DNA of 49,517 nt from a virus. Taxonomy: Duplodnaviria; Caudoviricetes. Both the position numbers and the translations under genes were made by a program. The notes below the pieces were generated by a model. It was not told the DNA's origin. It searched no databases and saw only the letters and a program-made list of their open reading frames with translations. Below are positions 1 through 7,490 of the stretch, one piece after another. The DNA is taken from positions 1 through 49,517 of the IMG/VR virus record IMGVR_UViG_3300021086_000007; one strand, 5' to 3'. Position 1 is the first letter of the stretch. Each line of letters opens with the position of its first letter.

Positions 1-211
1 GTAAAAGGTAGAACGGTCGCGGTTGCGTTCAGGCGGCGAAGCGCTTGAGGCAGCAGACGTTTCGCTCTTGGCAGATGTGGAGAATGCACTCACTTGGGAA
101 GTATGGTCCGTCTGACCCTCAATCAACCCACGCTCCGCAGATGAGGCATCGGAGACCTCCTGCACTGAGGCGGAGCTTGGAGTGGGAGCAGTAGTAGGGT
201 CCGTTTCACTC
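1..211. repeat. Terminal overlap, left copy (lacks 21 bp present in the right copy)
   Basis: 1-111 matches 49286-49396 and 112-211 matches 49418-49517. Confidence 0.95.
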
Positions 212-855
212 TGACCCGAAGCCTGAAGGGTGGGGACCGAGACGGATGTAGTAGGGACTGCTTCACGCTGACCCTGTTGAAACTCAGGTACGCTTCGCGG
301 CAACTCATAAGGCTCGGGCTTAGGAGACCAAGGGTCCGTGCCTTCGTCTTTGGAGGATGATGTATCTTCCGAAGGGACGAAAGGGCGAGTTAGCTGTTCC
401 TGAGCAAAGAGCATATCTGTTTGAAGATGCTCAAGCTGTGTCTCAAGATCGGCAACACGGAACGATTGAGCGTCGCGATCCTTTGCAAGGGCCTCGTAGT
501 GGTTCTTGTCTATGACAATGCTTTCCTTGCCTTCCACAGCCGAGACAGCCTTGAGGGCATCGCGGATAACGCTGTGCACAAGTGTAAGCAAACCCTGCAC
601 TTTGTCATCCGCTTCCAAGTGGCGAAACCCTGCATCGTCCCGCTCTGCCTCCACAGAGCGGAGCTTTTGCATGAGTTCAGTTTCACTCTGTTTGAGGTCA
701 TGAATGCGAAGCTCGCGCTGCGCTACAGTGTCACCAAGCCTGCACTTTTCCAGTTCAAGCTCAGAGATGCGTCGCTGATACTCTGGTTCCGCGTCAAACG
801 CACGCTTCGCCTCGGCGATGGAGTTCAAGAACCCCGAGATACTTTCATTAGTCAT
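1..855 (-). CDS. Origin-spanning protein, 5' part (about 328 aa, or 335 aa with the insertion allele): coiled-coil N-terminus, S/T/P-rich repeat linker; continues at 49285-49154
   Basis: Translated by hand from ATG 855: MTNESISGFLNSIAEAKRAFDAEPEYQRRISELELEK...GQREAVPTT...GQSETDPTT...RDRSTFY. The frame is open to base 1 and joins ORF 49154..49471 in frame. The ORF track missed it because it runs off the edge. Confidence 0.85.
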   Translation of the reverse strand, partial: MTNESISGFLNSIAEAKRAFDAEPEYQRRISELELEKCRLGDTVAQRELRIHDLKQSETELMQKLRSVEAERDDAGFRHLEADDKVQGLLTLVHSVIRDALKAVSAVEGKESIVIDKNHYEALAKDRDAQSFRVADLETQLEHLQTDMLFAQEQLTRPFVPSEDTSSSKDEGTDPWSPKPEPYELPRSVPEFQQGQREAVPTTSVSVPTLQASGQSETDPTTAPTPSSASVQEVSDASSAERGLIEGQTDHTSQVSAFSTSAKSETSAASSASPPERNRDRSTFY

Positions 856-950
856 CTTACGTTCTTTCTGGGCATGGCCCTATGTGCGTTTATAAGCATC
901 TATGAGTGCAATGCACTGCTTATGCTTAAGGTTGCGAAAGAAAAGGCGCC

Positions 951-1099
951 CAAGGCCCTGCGGGATATACCCGTGGGTGCGTGAGCGTTGCCTCTACTGG
1001 AGGCGAAGCTTTCAAAGCCATCCTGAGCTTGTGGCTACAGAGCGCGCCTTTGGCTGGTAGCATAGGTACGCTGCGCGGCAATGCACATTGCTGGCCTTG
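951..1099 (-). ncRNA. Candidate structured intergenic RNA (multibranch)
   Basis: Closing stem CAAGGCC/GGCCTTG (951-957 with 1093-1099) encloses several hairpins. No convincing ORF. Confidence 0.35.
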
Positions 1100-1112
1100 T
1101 TTCCCCGAAGGG

Positions 1113-1787
1113 TTAGTGCGCGGTCGCTCCCGCAGGCTTCTGCCGTGGCGCAACCTTCCCTGCTTGCGCAGCGGAAAGCGTAGCTTTGGCTTCGCCCTTG
1201 GCGCGGGGCTTCGGCGGAACCTTCGGCTTTGCCTTCAAGCTCTCGTCTCCGGCCTTATCGCCGAGCATAGCTGCGACGTTCAAGCCCTTGATGGGAAGCT
1301 CTGCGCGGGCCTTGAGGTTCTCTTCCGCTCGCTTGTAGAGATCAGGGTTGCCGCTCAGGACTTCCTTGGCAAAGGCGGTTAATTCCTTCGCGTCGAAAGC
1401 CGAGATCTTATACCCATTGCTCCGCAAGGTATCCTTCACGAGGGCCTTTGCGAGGCGCATGGCCTCTGTTTGCGTAGCCCCAGTGCGCTTGGATGTGGCC
1501 TTCGCGCCTTTGAGATTTCCGTCATACATCGCTTGCACAGTGCGCTGCGCTTGTTCCACGATCTCCGCGGTACGCTTGACCTTATCCTCGCCTTCGGCTT
1601 TGGTAATGCCCGTAGCGATCTTGGACATCCCCACCTTGTTGATGATCGTTTCGAGGCCGACTTGGAAGATGTATTGATAGATATCCATGTCGACGATCTT
1701 CGAGGCATCAACTTCAACCTCGCCCACGCCACCCTTCAACTTAACTTTAAGGGTCACGGAAGCTTCACTTGCAACTGCGTCAGTCAT
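1113..1787 (-). CDS. Hypothetical basic (Lys/Ala-rich) early protein, possibly DNA-binding
   Basis: 224-aa ORF with upstream GAAAGGA RBS, strong codon bias and a K/A/P-rich tail. Confidence 0.8.
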   Translation of the reverse strand: MTDAVASEASVTLKVKLKGGVGEVEVDASKIVDMDIYQYIFQVGLETIINKVGMSKIATGITKAEGEDKVKRTAEIVEQAQRTVQAMYDGNLKGAKATSKRTGATQTEAMRLAKALVKDTLRSNGYKISAFDAKELTAFAKEVLSGNPDLYKRAEENLKARAELPIKGLNVAAMLGDKAGDESLKAKPKVPPKPRAKGEAKATLSAAQAGKVAPRQKPAGATAH

Positions 1788-1890
1788 TGTCTAGATCCTT
1801 TCATCTGACGTCTTTGTGCGAAAGGGCACTATCGCTGGCGCATCCCCTAAGGGCACCGTGCTGCGATCTATGGCTCTCTCAATGCCTTAA

Positions 1891-1918
1891 GGCCCGTAAG
1901 CCGTAAGGGCTGCGGGCC
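1891..1918 (-). terminator. GC-rich hairpin (terminator or processing site)
   Basis: GGCCCGTAAGCC-GTAAG-GGCTGCGGGCC inverted repeat just downstream of ORF 1943..2143. Confidence 0.45.
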
Positions 1919-1942
1919 GTAAAGCACAGTTGGATGGAACGG

Positions 1943-2143
1943 CTAATCCAAATCTACAACCTCAATCGCATAGCGTGGAGTATTGAAGCGGTTCTTAGCA
2001 ACATGCCAGAACTTCCCGTCAAACCAGATAACCTTCCAGCCTCTGGCTTGTGCCTTCTTCAAGGCCTTATCCTTATCTGTTGTCTGTGCCACCGGAGCAC
2101 TCCCTCTCTGCAAGCTCGGCCCAGAAGCCCTCGCCTTCAGCAC
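1943..2143 (-). CDS. Small hypothetical protein (true start probably about 2092, GTG)
   Basis: Co-oriented ORF in the early operon. Confidence 0.55.
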   Translation of the reverse strand: MLKARASGPSLQRGSAPVAQTTDKDKALKKAQARGWKVIWFDGKFWHVAKNRFNTPRYAIEVVDLD

Positions 2144-2432
2144 TGCGCTCCCAAATAAACATAGCGCTCAAAGCAACAGCAAACATGTTGCTGGGATATT
2201 CAAGCATCCGTGCCGTATGCTCCGCACCGTTAGTACGAGTGGCTTCGCTCAAGATGCGGACGTAATGCTCAGGGTAGATTCGCTTGAGGCGATCTGCAAC
2301 GGTCTCAGGTGAGAGCTTGGTGGTTAGTGCTGGCGCACCACTCACAGGGCCTGAGATGCCATCGCAAGGCTCAGACACAGACTGGTCAGGCGTTGCATTA
2401 GTAGGCGTAGCAGCATGGCTTTTATCATTCAT
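2073..2432 (-). CDS. Hypothetical protein
   Basis: 119-aa ORF with GGAGGG RBS. Confidence 0.7.
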   Translation of the reverse strand: MNDKSHAATPTNATPDQSVSEPCDGISGPVSGAPALTTKLSPETVADRLKRIYPEHYVRILSEATRTNGAEHTARMLEYPSNMFAVALSAMFIWERSAEGEGFWAELAERECSGGTDNR

Positions 2433-2444
2433 CTTATCCCTCCA

Positions 2445-2615
2445 TTAGTGTGCTATAACAGCGGTAAGCACAAATGACGTAGCATCCGGCTCAGTCTCAA
2501 TCAGCTTACGAATGAACTGACCCAACTGCTCAACAGTCATATCTGAAGGGATAGCAGCATCACATTCAGCATCAGGATAGTTCACTCTCAATATCACTTC
2601 CTTAAGCATTAGCAT
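2445..2615 (-). CDS. Small hypothetical protein (56 aa)
   Basis: MLMLKEVILRVNYPDAECDAAIPSDMTVEQLGQFIRKLIETEPDATSFVLTAVIAH with AGGAG RBS. Below the ORF-track cutoff. Confidence 0.65.
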   Translation of the reverse strand: MLMLKEVILRVNYPDAECDAAIPSDMTVEQLGQFIRKLIETEPDATSFVLTAVIAH

Positions 2616-2687
2616 AGCTCCTATTCAAGCCCTGTGCTTGGCCTGTGCATTCTGCACCCGAAATGCGGCGCAATTGTGGCGTGGAAA

Positions 2688-2701
2688 TCACGATTTCGTG
2701 A
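2688..2701. promoter_or_regulatory. Palindromic operator/activator site TCACGA-NN-TCGTGA
   Basis: Perfect 6+6 palindrome in an intergenic gap. A near-identical copy lies at 3556-3569. Confidence 0.55.
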
Positions 2702-2706
2702 GGCCC

Positions 2707-3009
2707 TTAATCCTGATAGAAGAAGTCATAGAATGGATTAGGCTCAGTGTATCCTAGCGGCACCCATCTCCATTCAGTCCACCATGAGCCGATCTCATTT
2801 AGCTCTTCATCTTCAGCCACGATAGTAGCAAGGAATATGTTAAGACACAGTCTATGACAAGCAGGCAGGTCTATTCCCTTTGCAGGCTTGAAATCAAAGA
2901 CCCAATAGAACTCTGACCTGTTACCATCCCAGCCATGTGCTGTACCAATGACTTCTGCCATCCAGAACACAGGGATTAATTCATCTTTGCTGTATTCCTC
3001 TGTTACCAT
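2707..3009 (-). CDS. Hypothetical acidic, aromatic-rich early protein
   Basis: 100-aa ORF coupled (TGATG) to the upstream ORF, with GGAG RBS. Confidence 0.7.
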   Translation of the reverse strand: MVTEEYSKDELIPVFWMAEVIGTAHGWDGNRSEFYWVFDFKPAKGIDLPACHRLCLNIFLATIVAEDEELNEIGSWWTEWRWVPLGYTEPNPFYDFFYQD

Positions 3010-3215
3010 CAGATATCTCCATCCCCGTAAATAGGCCCAGTTACTAGTTTGCTCAATAACCTTGTGGCTTCAGCCTTTCTTAACTCTTGTTCAGCTTCTA
3101 TATCCTCTTCAACCTCGGCTCTGCTCTTAACCTTGATCCTCAGGATCGGCAACAGTTTAAATCTTGCCGTCATGATCAATGGTATCAACGCTCTCTGTGC
3201 CTTGTGGCCCATCAC
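3009..3215 (-). CDS. Hypothetical protein, first gene after the strong early promoter
   Basis: 68-aa ORF with GAGG RBS. Confidence 0.6.
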   Translation of the reverse strand: MMGHKAQRALIPLIMTARFKLLPILRIKVKSRAEVEEDIEAEQELRKAEATRLLSKLVTGPIYGDGDI

Positions 3216-3239
3216 ACTGACCTCTTGATTGTACTTACT

Positions 3240-3268
3240 AGTATATCACACTTCACGCCTGATGTCAA
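3240..3268 (-). promoter_or_regulatory. Sigma70-type early promoter
   Basis: Minus strand TTGACA-17 bp-TATACT, directly upstream of the leftward arm. Confidence 0.85.
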
Positions 3269-3304
3269 TTACCTAGCTCTGCCTAATGAGCCCTTAGTGA
3301 TACC

Positions 3305-3460
3305 CTAGTTAGCCCATGTATACCTAAGACATGGTGGAGGGGTACCCCGTGTAGGTAGGTATTAAGAAAGAAGAGAGAGAGAGAAGATATAGACCCTACC
3401 CTAGGCGGGGCACCCCTCCAAAGGTGTTAGGTATACAGGGAGATACTAGAGGCTAACTAG
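3305..3460. repeat. Long imperfect inverted repeat with a purine-rich (AG)n loop; candidate origin or genome terminus
   Basis: Nested arms CTAGTTAGCC/GGCTAACTAG, TGTATACCTAA/TTAGGTATACA, TGGAGGGGT/ACCCCTCCA and CCCCG/CGGGG around AAGAAAGAAGAGAGAGAGAGAAG. Confidence 0.75.
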
Positions 3461-3555
3461 AGACTAATCAAGACGAAGGTCTAGCTTTAGCTCCCACTCC
3501 CTGGGTCTGAGCGAAGCAATGATGCACTACACTCGCACTCCGGCCCTGTCTTCGA

Positions 3556-3569
3556 TCACGAAATCGTTA
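3556..3569. promoter_or_regulatory. Second copy of the TCACGAAATCGTGA-like site, adjacent to a TTGCAC -35-like hexamer
   Basis: TCACGAAATCGTTA matches the reverse complement of 2688-2701 at 13/14 positions. Confidence 0.5.
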
Positions 3570-3647
3570 CTTGCACCGCAACTCGGTCCGTGAGACCTTG
3601 CAGTTGTTCGGCGCTTCTGCCGTTCGATGCACCTTCGGAGAATGCCA

Positions 3648-3908
3648 ATGACCGTCCTCCCCAACCTTCAGCAAGAGATCGATACCCTCAAGGCAATGGT
3701 CGCGAAGCAGCAAGAGTTGCTGGCCCTTGCGAATAAGCCCAAGGCCATAACCCTCAAGGTCTCGGAGAAAGGCGCGCTCAGCATCTATGGCCTTGGCCGC
3801 TTTCCTGTCACCCTCTATCGAGGCCAGATTGAGCGGCTGATCGCTAGCGTGCCGCAGATCAGGGCCTTCATCGAGACCAACTCCGCCCTCTTTGCGACTA
3901 AGGACTGA
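3648..3908 (+). CDS. Small conserved hypothetical protein (coiled coil plus KVSEKGALSIYGLGRFPVTLY domain)
   Basis: GGAG RBS and good codon usage. The motif is recalled from alphaproteobacterial/phage hypothetical proteins. Confidence 0.8.
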   Translation: MTVLPNLQQEIDTLKAMVAKQQELLALANKPKAITLKVSEKGALSIYGLGRFPVTLYRGQIERLIASVPQIRAFIETNSALFATKD

Positions 3909-3934
3909 CCACGCCTAGACTGAGCTACACCAAA

Positions 3935-3962
3935 GGCTCTCACTCCGAAAGGGGTGGGGGCC
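3935..3962 (+). terminator. GAAA-tetraloop hairpin after ORF 3648..3908
   Basis: GGCTCTCACTCC-GAAA-GGGGTGGGGGCC. The G-U pairs form only on the + strand RNA. Confidence 0.55.
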
Positions 3963-4062
3963 AAAATTCTGTCGCTGCGTGGGGCCGCAGTACTGTCGTC
4001 GCCGCAAAATGTAATTTTTCGCTTCTGCCCTCTGCAGTATAAAAAATAATTGCAAATTACTC

Positions 4063-4092
4063 TTGACACGGAGGGGCGATCCGTGGGACAAT
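4063..4092 (+). promoter_or_regulatory. Sigma70-like promoter for the rightward packaging/virion arm, with an operator-like inverted repeat in the spacer
   Basis: TTGACA-18 bp-(TG)nGACAAT with an AT-rich upstream element. CACGGA-N7-TCCGTG lies in the spacer. Confidence 0.6.
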
Positions 4093-4124
4093 GGGACCTG
4101 CCTCGAAATCGGGAGTGCCGTCCT

Positions 4125-4592
4125 GTGGAAGAATATGGGTTTTTCAATATTTCGAAGATGATGCATTGCGGAGTGTATGCGCTGGTGAAGAAAGGGGAAG
4201 TGGTTTATGTTGGGAAGTCACGGCAACCTTTGATGCGCGTTCACATACATGTTAGGAATAGAGGAAGGAAGTTAGGGACTAACTTATATGGCAAGAGCGA
4301 TACGGGGCCTGCTGTTAATGGAAAAGGGATTACGTTTGATAGTGCTTGGTTCTTGCCATGTATGTTAGGACAGTTAGGTACGCTTGAGGTTCACTTCATT
4401 AAGATGTTTATGCCGAAGTATAATGTGAGGCATAACCCTGAACTAAAGCAACGACCTGAAAGAGAATCAACTGACATCATGCCGATACCGGATGAGATAA
4501 AGGAACTTCTAAAACAACTAGTCGTTATCACCGACTTACCTCCCGTTCCGGAAATGGCCCCTAGAGGGCCTTATATTATGAGAAGGTTATGA
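4125..4592 (+). CDS. GIY-YIG nuclease-domain protein
   Basis: GVY...YVGKS...RVHIH...LE...PKYN. The GTG start at 4125 has a GGGAG RBS; the ORF-track start at 4050 lies upstream of the promoter. Confidence 0.8.
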   Translation: MEEYGFFNISKMMHCGVYALVKKGEVVYVGKSRQPLMRVHIHVRNRGRKLGTNLYGKSDTGPAVNGKGITFDSAWFLPCMLGQLGTLEVHFIKMFMPKYNVRHNPELKQRPERESTDIMPIPDEIKELLKQLVVITDLPPVPEMAPRGPYIMRRL

Positions 4593-4849
4593 ACATACCG
4601 GCTGAAATTAAAGCCTTGAGCGAGAACGCTATTGAAGTATTGGGGCAGTTATTCGTTAATGGCCCAACATGGGATGGCAACATCATCTCCAAACCCGGAC
4701 GGGGAGAGTTGTTCCATGCTGGTCTTGTTTTACGTGTGAATGGCTTTGCCTTCCTTACAGAAGAGGGAGTGCGTATAGCGAGTGAATGGAATGTTCGCAG
4801 GGATAGAGATGGCGAACGGTGGTATAAGAAAAGGCATTGTTGTGACTAA
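4589..4849 (+). CDS. Hypothetical protein (possible winged-helix)
   Basis: ATGA-coupled ORF with an L...GLV......LTEEG pattern. Confidence 0.65.
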   Translation: MNIPAEIKALSENAIEVLGQLFVNGPTWDGNIISKPGRGELFHAGLVLRVNGFAFLTEEGVRIASEWNVRRDRDGERWYKKRHCCD

Positions 4850-5483
4850 CCCGACTCTTCATCGCGGCAAGCTGGCTCGGACTCCTCAAGTAGTAGGGGT
4901 GCGCCCGCTCACGCGTGAGGATATGCTACGCCTGCAAGCCCCGCGTCCGAGCCAGAACCGGCCTAAGGCCATGCGGGAAACTCATCACCGCTTGGCGCGA
5001 ATGGTCGCGGCTGGGTTTCGCCAAGAGGAGATCTTGAAGCTCACTGGGTTTAGCTCCACTCGGCTTTATCAACTCCGGGGAGACCCGGCCTTTCAGGAAC
5101 TCGTCGCCGCTTACAAGGACAAAGTTGACGAAGCCTACGTCCGAGGCATCGACGAGTTCTACGAAACCTCCACCTCAAACATGCTCCGAGCGGAGCGGAT
5201 GATTGAGGAGCACCTCGACGAGGCTGATGAAAGCGGGGAGAAGGTCTCCTTGAAGAGCTTGATGGCCCTCACTGCCGATCGGGCAGATCGCTTTGGTTAC
5301 TCTAAGAAGGTTATCAATCGAAACGAAAACCTAGATTTCGCGGCTATGATGGAACAGATCGCTCAGGCTTCAGGACGGAGCAATGTCATAGATGCATTGC
5401 CGCGCAGCGTATCCCCGACTATAGATGAGATTCCCACCCACCGTAAGCAAGTGGGTGGGAATGCTGGAGGCAGGGATGAGTGA
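4842..5483 (+). CDS. Putative terminase small subunit (HTH plus helical domain)
   Basis: Immediately upstream of TerL. HTH-like HHRLARMVAAGFRQEEILKLTGFSSTRLYQLRGDPAFQEL. Confidence 0.6.
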   Translation: MTNPTLHRGKLARTPQVVGVRPLTREDMLRLQAPRPSQNRPKAMRETHHRLARMVAAGFRQEEILKLTGFSSTRLYQLRGDPAFQELVAAYKDKVDEAYVRGIDEFYETSTSNMLRAERMIEEHLDEADESGEKVSLKSLMALTADRADRFGYSKKVINRNENLDFAAMMEQIAQASGRSNVIDALPRSVSPTIDEIPTHRKQVGGNAGGRDE

Positions 5484-5600
5484 CAAGGGTTCCCGGCATG
5501 GCTCCCTTTTGGCGCCGTCCCTGCCTCCTTTCATAGATCTTCACCCCTGGGGTAGCGCCGAATGCCTGGGAGTAGTAATCCAGAACGCTGGGGGTGAAGA
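5430..5600 (+). promoter_or_regulatory. Three tandem stem-loops; the last sequesters the terL GTG start
   Basis: Perfect stems: 5430-5441/5451-5462 (12 bp), 5466-5476/5518-5528 (11 bp) and 5538-5547/5591-5600 (10 bp). Confidence 0.6.
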
Positions 5601-7180
5601 CATTGCAACCTGAACTTGCTGAGTGGCTAGTGAGTGTGAGGGACGATCCCTACGCCTTCGTGATGGGTGCGTTTCCTTGGGGGCAGCCCTGCACCCAGCT
5701 TGAAGCCTTCTCCGGCCCGATGCCTTGGGCTCAAGAGCAAATGGAGCGCATCCGCCTAGGCCTACTCACCCCCGAAGAGGCCATACTCGAAGCGGTGGCC
5801 TCCGGCCATGGTATCGCCAAATCCACCACTGTCTCGCAGTTGATCCTTTGGGCCTTCATCACCTTCCCTGACTGCCGCGGGGTCATAACTGCAAATACCG
5901 AAATGCAGCTAAAGACTAAGACCTGGGCCGAACTCGGGAAGTGGTTCAACCTCCTCTCACCTATCATCCGTGAACACTTCGAACTCAAAGCCACGGCCCT
6001 CCTTTCCAAAGACCCTTCCCGCGAGCGCACGTGGCGGATAGATATGATCCCGTGGTCGAAGACCAACCCCCAAGCCTTTGCAGGGCTCCACAACAAAGGC
6101 AACCGCCTCATCCTCGTGTTTGATGAGGCGAGCGAAATCGAAGACATCATATTCGAGACATCCGAAGGCGCATTCTCTGACGCCGACACGCAGTTGCTCT
6201 GGCTCGTATATGGCAACCCTACCCGCAATACAGGCCGATTCCGTGAATGCTTCGAAGGCGGTGCACACTCCTCAATGTGGCACACCACAGCTATCGATAG
6301 CCGCGAAGTCCCCATCACCAATAAGAAGCGTATAGCTGCGTTAATTGGCATCTATGGTGACGATAGCGATTACGTCCGCATCCGCATCTTGGGCCAATTC
6401 CCTCGCCAAGGCCTCATGGAGTTCTTCCTCGCTTCGGATATCGATGGCGCGATGTCCTCGGACCGAGAGGTCTTCATTGACGCGTCAACCCCTCTCGCCC
6501 TTGGCGTAGATGTCGCCCGCTACGGTGCAAACAACTCTGTTATCTTCCCCCGCAAGGGCCGTGATGCTAGGACCATTGCCCGCAAGGTCTTTAACGGCAT
6601 CTCCACAGTTGAACTCGCCAACAATGTCTTCGACTCCTGGCAAAGACTCCGGCCAGATGGAATCTTCATCGACGGCGGTGGCGTCGGTGGTGGCGTCGTA
6701 GACAACTGCCGCGCCAAGCATCTCTACATCACAGAAGTCCAATTCGGAGGCAAGGATGACATCACCGGAATCGTCTTCGATAACGCTGGTGAACAGTACG
6801 CTAACAAGCGAGCCGCTATGTATGGAGCGCTTCGTAGCTGGGTCCGTACAGGACTCTTGCCCATTGACGCCGACCTGCGAAGCGCAATGCTTGCTATTCG
6901 ATATACCTTTAACAAAAAGGATGAGATCATCCTCACCCCGAAGGAAGACATTCTGGCGGATAATCCAGGCTTGGTCTTGGACGATCTTGACGCACTCGCG
7001 CTGACCTTTGGAGGGCCTTTGGCCGCACACGCTAACGCCGGCGGTGAAGGCCCGCGCCAGGAGCTTCACCAGACTGAATACAACCCTTATGCCGAAGAGC
7101 ATATGCAAGTTAATCACGAGCACCACGTACAAGCACAACGTAGTCCTCAGTGGGATCCTTTCAGAGGAGAAGCAGCATGA
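5594..7180 (+). CDS. terL: Terminase large subunit
   Basis: Walker A ASGHGIAKST, Walker B LVFDEAS, coupling motif GNPTRNTG, and RNase H-like nuclease motifs LGVDVARYG ... DDLDALALTF. Confidence 0.95.
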   Translation: MKTLQPELAEWLVSVRDDPYAFVMGAFPWGQPCTQLEAFSGPMPWAQEQMERIRLGLLTPEEAILEAVASGHGIAKSTTVSQLILWAFITFPDCRGVITANTEMQLKTKTWAELGKWFNLLSPIIREHFELKATALLSKDPSRERTWRIDMIPWSKTNPQAFAGLHNKGNRLILVFDEASEIEDIIFETSEGAFSDADTQLLWLVYGNPTRNTGRFRECFEGGAHSSMWHTTAIDSREVPITNKKRIAALIGIYGDDSDYVRIRILGQFPRQGLMEFFLASDIDGAMSSDREVFIDASTPLALGVDVARYGANNSVIFPRKGRDARTIARKVFNGISTVELANNVFDSWQRLRPDGIFIDGGGVGGGVVDNCRAKHLYITEVQFGGKDDITGIVFDNAGEQYANKRAAMYGALRSWVRTGLLPIDADLRSAMLAIRYTFNKKDEIILTPKEDILADNPGLVLDDLDALALTFGGPLAAHANAGGEGPRQELHQTEYNPYAEEHMQVNHEHHVQAQRSPQWDPFRGEAA

Positions 7181-7305
7181 CATGTCTAAAATGCAATAAG
7201 GAAATGATCTTCATGGGAACTTGGCCTGCCATAGACGCGGGCTGCAAACTCTTCCACCGTTATAAGTGTGAAGGGTGCAAAACCTACTCCGCGGAGCCTG
7301 CGTGA
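7177..7305 (+). CDS. Small zinc-ribbon protein (42 aa)
   Basis: MTCLKCNKEMIFMGTWPAIDAGCKLFHRYKCEGCKTYSAEPA. ATGA overlap with the terL stop and TGATG overlap with the next gene. Not in the ORF track. Confidence 0.65.
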   Translation: MTCLKCNKEMIFMGTWPAIDAGCKLFHRYKCEGCKTYSAEPA

Positions 7306-7490
7306 TGAGCCCAACCGAAGCCCCACCCCTCCCTCAACTCCCGGCCGCGCCACCACCCCCACCTGTCTTTGGGCAATCACCGCTCGGCAAGAAGCCAGGG
7401 CAGAAGTCTGCGACTCCATCCTTCCTCGGCGCGGCAGCCCTTCCAGCTAAGGGCTCTCAGGCCCCCGCTGCGCTTCAAGGAATGAAGTGA
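7305..7490 (+). CDS. Small Pro-rich putative virion protein upstream of the portal
   Basis: MSPTEAPPLPQLPAAPPPPP..., translationally coupled. Position and composition resemble small pre-portal podovirus proteins. Confidence 0.6.
   Translation: MSPTEAPPLPQLPAAPPPPPVFGQSPLGKKPGQKSATPSFLGAAALPAKGSQAPAALQGMK

Noticed and set aside
100-340. GGGTCCG...CTGACCC repeats as a CRISPR mini-array or ribozyme array
   Set aside because: The repeats are degenerate, irregularly spaced and in frame within a protein (GQxExxPTT). No cas operon or ribozyme core is recognisable.
421-984. 187-aa + strand ORF from the track
   Set aside because: It is the antisense shadow of the real - strand gene 855..1 and has no RBS or plausible composition.
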